DNA of 64,000 nucleotides from assembly GCA_964016885.1 (NCBI GenBank), contig OZ024757.1, positions 41,788,001 through 41,852,000 on the forward strand, written 5' to 3'. A program made the translations under genes and the position numbers. The notes beneath the pieces are model-generated. The model saw only the letters and a program-made list of their open reading frames with translations, was not told the origin of the DNA and ran no database searches. The DNA is from Eledone cirrhosa (Eukaryota). The first letter of the stretch is position 1. Every line of letters begins with the position of its first letter. Of the stretch, positions 1-11,892 are shown one piece after another.

Positions 1-26
1 TGAACCAACATTCTCGTTAGCAAATA

Positions 27-68
27 CTTCCTGATAAGTTTTAATTACAAGAGCGAAAGATTTACAAG
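27..68 (+). ncRNA. Degenerate type I hammerhead-like motif
   Basis: cttc-CTGATAA-gtttt(aattac)aagagc-GAAA-gatt-TA-caag. The core has G8>A and stems I/III carry mismatches. Confidence 0.4.
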
Positions 69-430
69 ACAAAAAAAATATATAAAATAAAATAAAAATA
101 AAAATAAAATAAAATAAAATAAAATAAATTAAACTAGAAATAAATTAAAATAAAATAAAATAAATTATAATAAAATAAAAATAAATTAAAATAAAAGGAA
201 GCCATGAACAGTAAAATAAATATAAATAAATATTGAATCAATAAAATCTCGGTGTAAGATTTATTTCTATGATTTCTATTTACTATGGATTGTGTTGTGA
301 TTTTTATATAATATCTCACTCTGATATCTTCTACTCCTGTGTAATATATATCTACATAAACATGGAAAGGGCCTCCATCGTCTTGAGTGGTGATTGCTCT
401 AGTTGTTGGATCAACAGAACAGCCATCTTA

Positions 431-913
431 GAAGTGGCATATGGTTTAGTGGTTAGAGAGTTGGGTTTGTAATCTGGAGGTTGTGAATGTGTTTGATTCT
501 TGGATCAGGGTTGATGTGATGTGTTGTGTCCTTGAGCAAGAGACTTTATTTTTCATGTTGCTCCAGTTTACTCAGCTGTAGATATGAGTTGTAACGTCAC
601 TGATGCCAAGATGTATCAGCCGTTGCCTTTCCCTTGAACAAAGTCATATATAGTGTGTATATACTGTATATATATATATAATATATATAATGTGTATACT
701 ATAAATAATATATATGTAATGTATATATATGTTGGTGGTGCTAAGCTGTATTAGCGATTGCCTTTCCCTTGAACAACATCAGTGGCATGAAGAGGGGAAA
801 CTGGTATGTATGGGCGACTTCTGGTCTTCCACAAACAACCTTGCCCAGACTTGTACCTCGGAAAAGAACTTTCTAGATGCAAAACCTTTGTCATTAGTGA
901 CTGATAGGGGCTT
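431..913 (+). mobile_element. tRNA-derived SINE with CORE-like domain, split by a TA tract (about 645-730)
   Basis: A-box-like TGGTTTAGTGG at 442-452, then GTGTCCTTGAGCAAGAGACTT...CTCCAGTTTACTCAGCTG. The head is shared with copies at 3667, 13329 and 42279. Confidence 0.75.
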
Positions 914-1045
914 TATATATATATATATATATATATATAACAGAAATGATAAACATTGATTGCCAGATAAATGAACTATGGAGATATAAAAGGTACAGAA
1001 GTAAAAACCAATCCAAACAAAACAGTGAGTGTGTTTTATTATTAT

Positions 1046-1083
1046 TTCTGGCAATATTATAACAATATGACCCTCCCCAAATA

Positions 1084-1119
<36 letters not shown>

Positions 1120-1254
1120 TTATTCATTATAAGAACAGATAAAAGTTTAAGCAAAGAATCTGTTCTTATAATAAATATTTGCTCTACAGGTTTAAATATT
1201 TATTATAAGAACAGATTCTTTGCTTAAACTTTTATCTGTTCTTATAATGAATAA

Positions 1255-1294
<40 letters not shown>

Positions 1295-1332
1295 TATTTG
1301 GGGAGGGTCATATTGTTATAATATTGCCAGAA
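1046..1332. repeat. 287-bp nested fold-back palindrome (family A 3' end, TA tracts and flanking arms)
   Basis: 1046-1087 is the reverse complement of 1291-1332, and 1117-1180 is the reverse complement of 1194-1257. TA tracts lie between the arms. Confidence 0.95.
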
Positions 1333-2184
1333 CACACCTACCCATCCTCTCCCCTGTCCACCACACCTCCGCACACACTGACACACTGACTTTCTCCACC
1401 TGCCATTCTCCTCTACTGCTGCTATGCCTTGACCCTCTGACCACTTCTCCGCACACACAGACACACAGCCCTCTCCACCTGTCATTCTCCTCTACCCTCC
1501 TCCTGCCTTGACCCTCAAACCACTTCCTGTTGCGCGTGCACCCCACATCTCCCCTCTTCTGACCAACACAACCACGGATTACACACCATTGGCCATCGTT
1601 CCCACTATCAACTCCATCACATGGAAAATATCCGGCATCTCACCACACCCTCTATGGAACTACCTTAGGAACTTACCCACGGACATACACTGACAAAAAT
1701 ATTTTTTCGAACTACGCCACCTACATCCACAATATGTATAAACACCACACACATGTGCGTACCCCCACATATATACACACTCAGCCTCCGGAATCCCCCT
1801 CCCCTCTGACCCCTCCCCATCCACACGCGCACACACCGACCTACACCCCACCCCCCACACACACCTTTTCCTGAACATGGAACCTCGTTCTTCCCCCAAC
1901 TCTCACATACATACACACACACACACACGTACACCTACACACATACACCACCTTCAGCCATCCCCGCTCGGACACCCCGCCTCCCTCTCCCCACTTCTCC
2001 CGCCACCACCCCTACACGCCCCACACCCTTCCACCACTTGTTTATCTTCGTTTATTTTTTTTTTTTTTGTACCCCTTCCACCGTTTTTCCTCCCTTTCCT
2101 CCCCCCCCTCCACTCTCAAGAGCGTGAAACTAATAAACCTTTGTTCGTACTGCCTCTCTGTTTTGTTCCCATTCCATTTTTCAC
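1291..2184 (+). mobile_element. TA-flanked C-rich insertion ending in a family F-like 3' terminus
   Basis: Bounded by (TA)n on both sides. Its 3' end (aagagcgtgaaactaataaa...ttttcac) resembles the termini at 40975-41046 and 63505-63590. Confidence 0.5.
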
Positions 2185-2216
<32 letters not shown>

Positions 2217-2221
2217 ATATT

Positions 2222-2457
2222 AGAAGGATCGAGTATTGAAAAATCGGCGCACGAGTTCATGATAAACAAGATTCGAAATGAGCGGCAGAGGGCTCAATAA
2301 TTCAGATGAATCAGAGCTATAACTATCGTTAAAATACCGTCACACATAGAACAAGTCTAAAATCAACCATACGATAAAAAATCGATAATAGAAGATTCGG
2401 GACAATCAGATAAAAAATATCAATAAAACAATACATCAATAATTTAAATGAATGTAA

Positions 2458-2458
<1 letters not shown>
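2222..2458. mobile_element. Family G fragment in (TA)n
   Basis: Homologous to 37497-37722 (atcgagta..gaaaaatcggcgcacgagttca..gataaacaa). Confidence 0.8.
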
Positions 2459-2490
<32 letters not shown>

Positions 2491-2491
<1 letters not shown>

Positions 2492-2533
2492 ATCCTTATC
2501 GAGCCCTCTTCAGATTTTGGTCTTCACATTACT
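2491..2533 (-). mobile_element. Family D ~45-bp micro-insertion containing CTGAAGA
   Basis: Reverse complement of the units at 6787-6828, 17387-17426 and 17484-17525. All copies are TA-flanked. Confidence 0.75.
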
Positions 2534-2581
2534 ATATATATATATGTTGAAAATTGCAAACTTGACTGTCACCACACATTA

Positions 2582-2620
2582 TGAACCTGAAGATTGCGAA
2601 AGCATGAAAGTACTTGTTCA
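2582..2620 (+). ncRNA. Minimal type I hammerhead ribozyme motif
   Basis: Stem I tgaac/gttca; core CTGAAGA 2587-2593; stem II tgc-GAAA-gca; GAAA 2606-2609; palindromic stem III AGTACT. Predicted cleavage after 2615. Confidence 0.8.
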
Positions 2621-2773
2621 ATTAACATTTAATATTCTATCATACTATTTCATTATAATACCATTATAAATTTTAAAGGATTGTAAATAAAACGAGTAAA
2701 TCAGACAAAGTTGGAATTCCTTTTATTAATATAATCTTCTATACACAATCATACACACCCGTGTATATTTATC

Positions 2774-2805
<32 letters not shown>

Positions 2806-2838
2806 TATTTATATATATATGTGTGTATGTATACATAC

Positions 2839-2871
<33 letters not shown>

Positions 2872-3306
2872 TACACCTATACCTATACATATATATACCT
2901 CCACTAAACACGTACTTTAATATAATATATTATTTAAACCATTCTTTGACCATTTACTCTAAACAAACACGTTCATGGCACCAATTTTTTACCTACAATC
3001 AAATACTTTAATTACGTCAGTTCTTCACCATTTCTATTGAATCAAGCATAAAATATTTCAAGAAAGACAATAATTTTATCGATTCAACAAAACACTTAGA
3101 ATAAATTTGATAATTACCTATTAAATTAATCTAAAATCTCTTATTACTTTCAATTGAAATCATAAAATTAAGCATAATTCACACATTGTCTTATCTTTGT
3201 AACTTTTCTATAAAGATTAAATAGAAAATATATTTTATTTTATTATTTCTAATGTAAAACTTTAATAGCAATGATTTATAACTTGTAAGTATGCATGCGT
3301 ACACAC

Positions 3307-3351
<45 letters not shown>

Positions 3352-3387
3352 ATTAATAAATGGAAACTATATTTATAAAACCATATT

Positions 3388-3452
3388 TATTTCATTATAC
3401 ATATTTCAAGGATACCATGTTAAATTATGGTATGCCTTCATCAGACAAAATA
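3388..3452 (-). ncRNA. Hammerhead motif, family E
   Basis: Minus strand: tattttgt-CTGATGA-aggcataccat...atggtatcctt-GAAA-tatgta-TA-atgaaata. Homologous to 6116-6176. Confidence 0.7.
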
Positions 3453-3497
3453 CAATATATACCAGTTTTATAAATAAACATTGACGTACCCTTTCAA

Positions 3498-3573
3498 AAT
3501 GCGACCGTTACTTTTGGAAGACATCAGGATAGTGATGACTATCGTGATGTCTTCCAAAAGTAACGGTCGCATT
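3498..3573. repeat. Fold-back hairpin, 36-bp arms, 4-nt loop
   Basis: aatgcgaccgttacttttggaagacatcaggatagt-gatg-actatcgtgatgtcttccaaaagtaacggtcgcatt, with one mismatch. Confidence 0.95.
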
Positions 3574-3666
3574 GTTTCTGCGTCATTACCCTTCATTACA
3601 TTTATGTATCAGCTGTGTTAGGACGAGAAATAAAATTCTAATTTATAACTTGTATATCATAGAAGT

Positions 3667-3820
3667 GGAGGCACTTGGCCCAATGTTAAGGGTGTTGGAC
3701 TTCCGATCATAATGTCGTGGGCTCGATTCCTGGACCAAGTTGCGTTGTTGAGTTCTTGAGCAAAACACTTCATTTCACGTAGCTCCAGTATACTCAGCTG
3801 AAAGTGAAATGAGTACCAGC
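3667..3820 (+). mobile_element. tRNA-derived CORE-like SINE (truncated)
   Basis: A/B-box-like TGGCCCAATG and GGCTCGATTCC, then TTCTTGAGCAAAACACTT...ACTCAGCTG. Confidence 0.75.
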
Positions 3821-3954
3821 AATATGTCATAAATTAGAAAATATACATTGATAGGTTGAAAGGATATTCACAGATTTTGACTAACAAGATTTTTACCACA
3901 TAGTCATAATAATGAGTATATATGTGTGTGTATAGATGTCTATATATGTATATA

Positions 3955-4003
<49 letters not shown>

Positions 4004-4084
4004 CTTGAAGCATGGAAAATGGACACAAATGATGATGATATATATTCATATGTATTTACATTTATATATATACATACATATATA

Positions 4085-4122
<38 letters not shown>

Positions 4123-4151
4123 CATATATATATTTATATATATATATATAT

Positions 4152-4338
4152 AGCTTTAATATAGATGAGATTCTACAGGACTAGAACTGTTTCATTCTTT
4201 AGAAATCATCAGGAATCTGGGTATCAAAATGAAACAGTTCTAGTCCTGTAGAATCTCATCTATATTAAAGCTTTTATACTCTGCAATGTATTGAGTACCT
4301 TACTTACTGTGGTTACCTCCGATTCAACCCGGAATAAC

Positions 4339-4340
<2 letters not shown>
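4152..4340. mobile_element. Family B HHR element with fold-back (4152-4272)
   Basis: 4152-4196 is the reverse complement of 4228-4272. The tail is homologous to 18690-18770 and 45892-45970 and abuts (TA)n. Confidence 0.85.
4168..4218 (-). ncRNA. Type I hammerhead ribozyme motif, family B
   Basis: agattc-CTGATGA-tttctaaaagaat-GAAA-cag(ttctagtc)ctg-TA-gaatct, with all three stems paired. Confidence 0.85.
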
Positions 4341-4383
<43 letters not shown>

Positions 4384-4459
4384 AACATATATCTATCTAT
4401 ATATATATATATATAATTCTTATTCAGTGTATTTATTATCGTTGCTCGTTATATTTAAA

Positions 4460-4690
4460 TCACTCAGGAGACAGAAATCTGTGTTAGTCTTCATGCTTTC
4501 TCCTTTCTAATTTACATTTAAGCAGCACCAAAAATAGTCTCTTTTCAGACTCTTGCTAATAGAAGATAATAGAAGCATACATGATTCTACGTGGAAATAC
4601 TGGCTACAAATATTTACATAAACAGACTACAGGCCGTAGAAACTTTGGGATAAACAAGTCTATATTTGTCTTTGATATGTTTAGTTTCGC
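4460..4690 (+). pseudogene. Possible decayed Penelope-like GIY-YIG endonuclease C-terminal fragment
   Basis: Frameshifted translation gives KSVLV..H..AAPKIV...KIIEAYMILRGNTGYKYL, resembling the K-I-I-E-A-x-x-I...N..G..L end of PLE GIY-YIG domains. TA-flanked. Judged by eye only. Confidence 0.35.
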
Positions 4691-4762
4691 ATATATGTGT
4701 GTTTTCATATATATATATATACCCATCTAGAATGTATCTATACATACACACATATACATACA

Positions 4763-4796
<34 letters not shown>

Positions 4797-4889
4797 ACAA
4801 AGGAATTGTGGAAAGGAACCAGAGGGACCATAACGCACCAGAGTACTCAATACTTTGGGTAGTAGATTGGGAAATAGGAAAAGGTATGA

Positions 4890-4984
4890 CCCCGACGGCA
4901 GAGCTCAAGCCGTTCTGACGGCTATTTCTGGACTAAATTAGAATTTTTAGCCTGGTGAATAAATAGCTGAACTTGTCAAGGGGG
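4890..4984 (-). ncRNA. Hammerhead motif, family H, U3-A8 core variant (GAAA decayed to AGAA in this copy)
   Basis: cccc-TTGACAA-long stem II (gctattt/aaatagc, ggctaaa/tttagtc)-AGAA-cggc(ttgagctct)gccg-TC-gggg. Sister copies at 25117-25150, 5600-5632 and 63316-63350 keep GAAA. Confidence 0.65.
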
Positions 4985-5041
4985 TACTTCCTTATATGGG
5001 AAGATTGTAGCTGTCAAGAGGAAATATATATATATATATAT

Positions 5042-5143
5042 GAAAAGTTTCAGGACCCCGACAGCTGAGCTCTGTCCGTTTCAACAGCTAGATCCCAACT
5101 CTTACATTATGCTCCACCTGGTATCTTACCACACCCTCTTTGT
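5042..5143. mobile_element. Family H rearranged fragment
   Basis: HHR 3' half (ggaccccgacagctgagctc..ccgtttc) joined to an inverted piece of the family tail. TA-flanked. Confidence 0.75.
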
Positions 5144-5592
5144 TATATATATATCAAAGGTATATATAAATATATATCAAAGGTATATATAAATATATAT
5201 CAAAGGTATATAAATATATATCAAAGGTATATATAAATATATATCAAAGGTATATATATTGAGTTAGGAACTCAAAATAGTCTCTTACAATAAAATAGAA
5301 TTAAGAAAGAGATATTTCCGAGCCGTATATTATAATTGAATATAAAAGAAACACGAACACAGATATATACATATATGTGTTGAAATCGTAAGGGACCAGA
5401 TTCACTAAGGTGAAAAGAATACTAACTATAGACAATAGGGTTTGCCTGTCTCAATTTAAGAATAAATCAAGAAAATAAATACAAACCGGAATTGTGGTAA
5501 CTACCAATCACCTAGGCAACTCTTGGTGCTGTTTCGCAATGTTAATTGTGAATAGAATTACCAATTCCTGCTATATATATACATATGTATAT

Positions 5593-5731
5593 GAAGGACC
5601 CTGGTGGCTGAGCCCCGGCCGTTTCGACAGCTAGTTTGGGGCTCCTTCATATTACCACACTGTATTACTCCAAATATCAAGTACTCTGGTGAGTAATGGT
5701 CTAACAGGTTTTTACTGCATCCATTCTGATT

Positions 5732-5733
<2 letters not shown>
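5593..5733. mobile_element. Family H rearranged fragment
   Basis: ggaccctggtggctgagccccggccgtttcgacagcta followed by the inverted tail (aagtactctggtg...). Confidence 0.7.
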
Positions 5734-5768
<35 letters not shown>

Positions 5769-5982
5769 GCATAAATATGTATATCTTTCTCTGTATATAT
5801 ATGTTTATATATATATATATATATATATACAGGCATAAATATGTATATCTTTCTCTGTATATATATATATATATATACAGGCATAAATATGTATATCTTT
5901 CTCTGTATATATATATATATATATATACAGGCATAAATATGTATATCTTTCTCTGTATATATATGTTTATTTATATATATAT

Positions 5983-6243
5983 AAGCAAAAGGGATATACA
6001 ATTTGCTGGTAATTCAACAAATATAAATGTTTATAACTGATTCGAAACACTCGACAGGTTTTCTGGAGTATAATATTCAATGATATTAAATAAATGGAAA
6101 CTATCAAACCATATTTATTGTATTATATATATTTCAAGGGTACCAAAACTTTGGTACGCTCTCATCAGATAAAATACAAAGTGTGTTTTATAAATATTGA
6201 CATAACCAAGAAAAAATACCTTAACTATTCAAGTTTTTCCTGG
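5983..6243 (-). mobile_element. Family E HHR element
   Basis: TA-flanked. Its 3' end (aagcaaaagggatat on the plus strand) matches 41295-41311 inverted. Contains the HHR at 6116-6176. Confidence 0.8.
6116..6176 (-). ncRNA. Type I hammerhead ribozyme motif, family E
   Basis: tattttat-CTGATGA-gagcgtaccaaagttttggtaccctt-GAAA-tatata-TA-atacaata, with palindromic stem III ATATATAT. Confidence 0.8.
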
Positions 6244-6318
6244 ATATATATATATATATATATATCATCATCATCATCATCATCATTTTACGTCTGCTTT
6301 TCCCCGCTTGCAAGGGTG

Positions 6319-6445
<127 letters not shown>

Positions 6446-6823
6446 TGTACGTATTTCCAAGACATAACTTATGTAATTATTCATACTGCAGTATGTTCAG
6501 TGTAACTGTTTTCAATGTTGCCATCTCAGGCCTAGTAAACATATATATATATAAATATATAATATATAATATATACATATATATACATATATATAGAGAG
6601 AGAAAAAAAGGTATTGCTGGAAGTAGCACAGAAGTATATTTAAAGAATCTGTTTTTCTTCTTTAATCCGACAAAGTGATTATTGAAAACAGGAGTCAAAC
6701 CTTTTGTTTCTATAACCTTTGTTTAGAACCTTACCTCCTTTTCATATATATATATAATAATAATAATAATAATAGTAATTATAATGAATGTGAAGACTAA
6801 AATCTAAAGAGGGCTCGATAAGG

Positions 6824-6867
<44 letters not shown>

Positions 6868-6868
6868 T

Positions 6869-7011
6869 AAACCATAGAGCAAATATTTATTAAAATAACA
6901 GATTAAAGTTTAAGCAAAGAATCGCTGCTTTCACCCATAACAGGATTTTCAGAACAGAAGATCCCATTAAGGGTGAAAGCAGTGATTCTTTGCTTAAACT
7001 TTAATCTGTTA

Positions 7012-7019
<8 letters not shown>
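6869..7019. mobile_element. Family A fold-back with two opposed HHR halves
   Basis: Arms about 6887-6945 and 6960-7019. Plus strand reads CAGAAGA-tcccattaagggt-GAAA-gcag..ttgc-TT-aaact. Confidence 0.85.
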
Positions 7020-7067
<48 letters not shown>

Positions 7068-9226
7068 AAGAAGTGTAAGTCAACAGGTTAAAATTAAATT
7101 CGTTTATTCATATTTGTCATGATATTTATATATATATATATACATATATTGTCCATAAACACAGCTTTGTTACAATTTAGGGAAGAATACTAACAATATT
7201 TATCTTATCTATGAAACAATGTGTTACGTACTAGCAGGATATGGGGAGGGAGAGGCGGGACATTAATAAAATTTAGCCACAAAAATACAACAAACAATAA
7301 GATAAGATAAAACCAACATGAAGTGATTTGTTCAAATATGTTGTCAAAAAAAATGGATCGGTTTAAGATGAAAATAAATGTAGAACATATATAGAAGATT
7401 CTCTTCACAAGATACAGAGAAAAAAAACATGTTTTATTCCAAATAAAAGCAAATATCTATGAAATGAAGAATGATAAATGGTGAATGGTGATACTTTAGT
7501 CTACAGTTTTCATTTAGGGTGGTGTGGGGTGAGGTGGAGTAAGGTTGGGTGAGGTTGGGTGATATATCTGATTGACTGATGCAAGGAGGGGTGCCATCAT
7601 TGAAATTACGGTTATTTGGTTGTATGTATTTATATATATATTCACATTGACAGATGATATCTATATATATATATACAAATCTATACACATGCACATATAT
7701 ATACGTATGATGATGAGATATATATATATACATATTTATATTCTGACTTATATTGAGCTGTGTAGTTTGGTGTTGTTATTGTTGTGTCCAAATATAGATA
7801 CACATGTATATCGTGACTCATACACTGTTCACTTTCCTGATATTTGTACATTATTCTATGCACTATACATGCACCTTTGATCAGTTGTAGTGCACCTGAG
7901 CACTGTACACAATAATTTCATTATTGCCATTATTATTTATATGTTAGGCAGACCTAGATACATTGATAGGTGTTGTTGTTTTTATTGCTCTAAGATAAAT
8001 ATCTAAAGCTAGCAGCAGTTGACCACTGACCAGCTTGTCAACACTGTGAGAGAATGAGAAATCTTGGCAGGAAGGTAAATATGAAATTACAATTTCCCTG
8101 TTAAAGTTAACACAAATGGTTTTCTTATAATGATATATATTTTGAGAGTATGTCAGTTTATTGTAAGCTGATAGAATGCAGACACATCTCACTTTTTTCA
8201 GCTTAATAGACTGAAGTAATGGGAAATAAAGTGTCTTGCTCAAGGTCACAATGTACTACCTGGAATCAACCTTTCAACCTTATGAATGTGAAACAAATGC
8301 CCTCATTAATAAACTACACACCTTCATATAAGTACATATATACATACACACATACATACAAAAATACACATATATACATACACACATATACTTACAGAGA
8401 TACATATACATACACATATTTGTACACACACGTATACATACACATAGATATATAGACAGACACACGCATAAATATATACATATACACATACACACATATA
8501 TATAACACATATATACACACGTATATACATGCATACATACACACATATATATAACACATATATACACACGTATATACATGCATACATACACATATACATA
8601 TATACATATACACACAGACTCACATATTCACACATATATACATAAATACATACACACATAAACATACATACCATAACCCATGCTAGCATAGAAAATGGAC
8701 GTTAAAAGATGATAATAAATACATACTCATACATACATATATAATCATACATATACATACTCATACATACATACGCACACGCACACCCATACATGCACAC
8801 ATACATACTCACACACATTCACACATATATACACACACATACATATATATACACATTCATACATACTCACGCTCACACACATACTCACTCATACACACAC
8901 ACACATATATACATAGACACACATATATATAAGTTGTTTATTATTTAAACTAAAACCTCTATAACTAGGCAACCTGTCAGAAAACTATTTCTATTCAAAA
9001 CAATTTTTCCTCAGTAAATCCTTCTTTTTATATATTTTTCTCTTCTATGACAGTATATCAAATAATTTGACATCCTACTTTGATATCTTTATATACACAT
9101 GTTTGAATAAAATATATATATTATATCTTTATATACACGTTTGAATAGTAGAGCTATTATATATATATATATTATATCTTTATATACACATTTGAATATT
9201 CTAACTATAAAATGTATTTCTAGGAA

Positions 9227-9274
<48 letters not shown>

Positions 9275-9366
9275 TAAAGAGTTAAACAAGATTCAATGAG
9301 TACATCAAAGAATGAGTTTTACAGTAGATTGGAAGCACTCTACAGAAAATATTTTCCAGAGTTATT

Positions 9367-9623
9367 AATATTAAATTCAAATATTAACAAAATAGATGTT
9401 CTTGTGATCAATTAAATTTTATTATACATATTTTACATATTTCAGAGGTACTTGAATCAGGTTCAACAGTACGTCATCATCAGATAAAATAAAATCATTT
9501 TATTTTATCTGATGAGGACGTACTGTTGAACCTGATTCAAGTACCTCTGAATATGTAAAATATGTATAATAAAATTTAATTGATCACAAGAACATCTATT
9601 TTGTTAATATTTGAATTTAATAT
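9367..9623. mobile_element. Family C fold-back (~125-bp arms) with HHRs on both strands
   Basis: Near-perfect palindrome centred at about 9496. Minus HHR 9416-9490 has an intact core; plus HHR 9502-9575 has GAA instead of GAAA. Confidence 0.9.
9416..9490 (-). ncRNA. Type I hammerhead ribozyme motif, family C
   Basis: attttat-CTGATGA-..gtac..ttgaa(cctga)ttcaa gtac..-GAAA-tatgt(aaaat)atgta-TA-ataaaat. Confidence 0.75.
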
Positions 9624-9630
9624 ATATATA

Positions 9631-10602
9631 TTAAAATAACAGATTAAAGTTTAAGCAAAGAATCGTTGCTTTCACCCTTAACGGGATCTGCTGAAACTAA
9701 AAAAATCAATCTGTGAACACAGAAGTAAATATTTCGAAAAACGTTGCAACCGAAAGAAGACAGGAAGACGATACTTTGGTTCGTGGAAACGTTCCCTGGC
9801 AAAGAACGGGAAAAAAACGAAGATAATACGTCATTATTTGGAGTGGTGAAAACAATTACACGCAAAGACAAAACCACGTTTATGGTATAAATGAAGTTGT
9901 AGACTAATATTCTATTAGATGGTTCATGGAGACGTTCCCTGGCAAAGAACGGAAAAAAGCGAAGATAATACATCATATGTGGAGCGACACACAAAGACAA
10001 AACCACGTAAATGGTATAACTGAAGTCGTAGACTAAAATTCTAACTAGGAAACCGAATGATTCTCGGCTTCAGAGTTAAGAATAATGAAGTCGAGAATCA
10101 TTCAGTTTCCTAAATAGAATTTTAGTCTACGACTTCAGTTATACCATTTACGTGGTTTTGTCTTTGTGTGTCGCTCCACATATGACGTATTATCTTCGTT
10201 TTTTCCGTTCTTTGCCAGGGAACGTCTCTATGAACCACCTAATAGAATATTAGTCTACGACTTCATTTATACCATAAACGTGGTTTTGTCTTTGTGTGTA
10301 ATTGTTTTCACTTCTCCAAATATTGACGTATTATATTCGTTTTTTCCGTTCTTTGCCAGGGAACGTCTCTATGAACCACCTAATAGAATATTAGTCTACA
10401 ACTTCATTTATACCATAAACGTGTTATATTCGTTTTTTCCCGTTCTTTGCCAGGGAACATTTCCACGAACCAAAGTATCGTCTTCCTGTCTTCCTTCGGT
10501 TGCAACGTTTTTCGAAATATTTACTTCTGTGTTCACAGATTGATTTTTTTAGTTTCAGAAGATCCCGTTAAGGGTGAAATCAGCGATTCTTTGCTTAAAC
10601 TT
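9631..10602. mobile_element. Family A long inverted-repeat element (~970 bp) with HHRs at both outer ends and internal ~128-bp tandem units
   Basis: 9647-10065 pairs with 10088-10602. HHR motifs lie at 9648-9698 (minus) and 10551-10601 (plus). Confidence 0.9.
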
Positions 10603-10975
10603 GGTATGGTCTGGTTCAATCCAGTCTGGTCTGGTTCAATCCAGTCTGGTCTAGTTCAATCCGGTCTGACCCAGTCCAATCCAGTCTGGTTTGGTCTAGT
10701 TCAATCCTACTGACCCAGTCCAATCTGGTCTGGTCTGGTTCAATCCGGTCTGGCCCAGTCTAATCTGGTCTGGTCTGGTCTGGTCTGGCCCAGTCTAATC
10801 TGGTCTGGTCTAGTTCAATCCTACTGACCCAGTCCAATCTGGTCCAATCTGGTCTGGTTCAATCCAGTCTGACCCAGTCTAATCTGGTCTGGTCTAGTTC
10901 AATCCTACTGACCCAGCCCAATCTGGTCTGGTGTGGTCTGGTTCAATCCGGTCTGACCCAGTCCAATCCAATCTG
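10603..10975. repeat. TCTGG/CCAGT/TCAAT pentamer-based degenerate satellite
   Basis: Visible 5-bp periodicity. Confidence 0.9.
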
Positions 10976-11534
10976 CTTTGTTGAGACCTGGAAAAGGACG
11001 AACTCTGTCAGGTTTAAGATGTCCAAGACATGCTGTTTGTCAGAACACTACTCCCACTCCCAACTGAGGAGTTATGAACCCTACCTTTACCTACCTTTGT
11101 CGTTTAGGGTCCAGCATGTCATGTGGTCTTTTTATTAATGTATTATCAGCACTCCAGATATTTTGACCTTCGTTTAACCATGTCGATGTCACACAATGAA
11201 TACAAACATATATATATATATATATATATTTATCTATATACACACATCTTTATTTATAAACATATTTGTATATATATATATATATTTATCTATATACACA
11301 CATATCTTTATTTATAAACATATTTGTATATATATATATATATATATATATTTATCTATATACACACATATCTTTATTTATAAACATATTTGTATATATA
11401 TATATATATTTATCTATATACACACATATATTTATTTATATACATATTTGTATATATATATATATATACATTATTTATTTATATATAAACGTATACATAT
11501 TTATTTATATATACACACACACACTATATCCATT

Positions 11535-11581
<47 letters not shown>

Positions 11582-11892
11582 ATATATATATATATGTTTG
11601 TGGTGGGGGATGAGAGCCTTATCTGAAAAAGACATGAATCACCATGAATTTATGTAGAGAAGATAATCTTTTCTTTGAAAAGTAATAAGCTTAAAGTTAT
11701 CCAACAATTGACTTGATCAGCATGCAGATATATTTAGAAATCCTCCCTGTATTTCTAAACAGAGTTTATAGACTTTTATAAATGGACGTAGAGATTCACA
11801 AAGGCATGATTCTTATGGATATACACAAATGTATGTGTACATAAACTCTTGAACACACATACATACATATATATATATATATATACATATTA

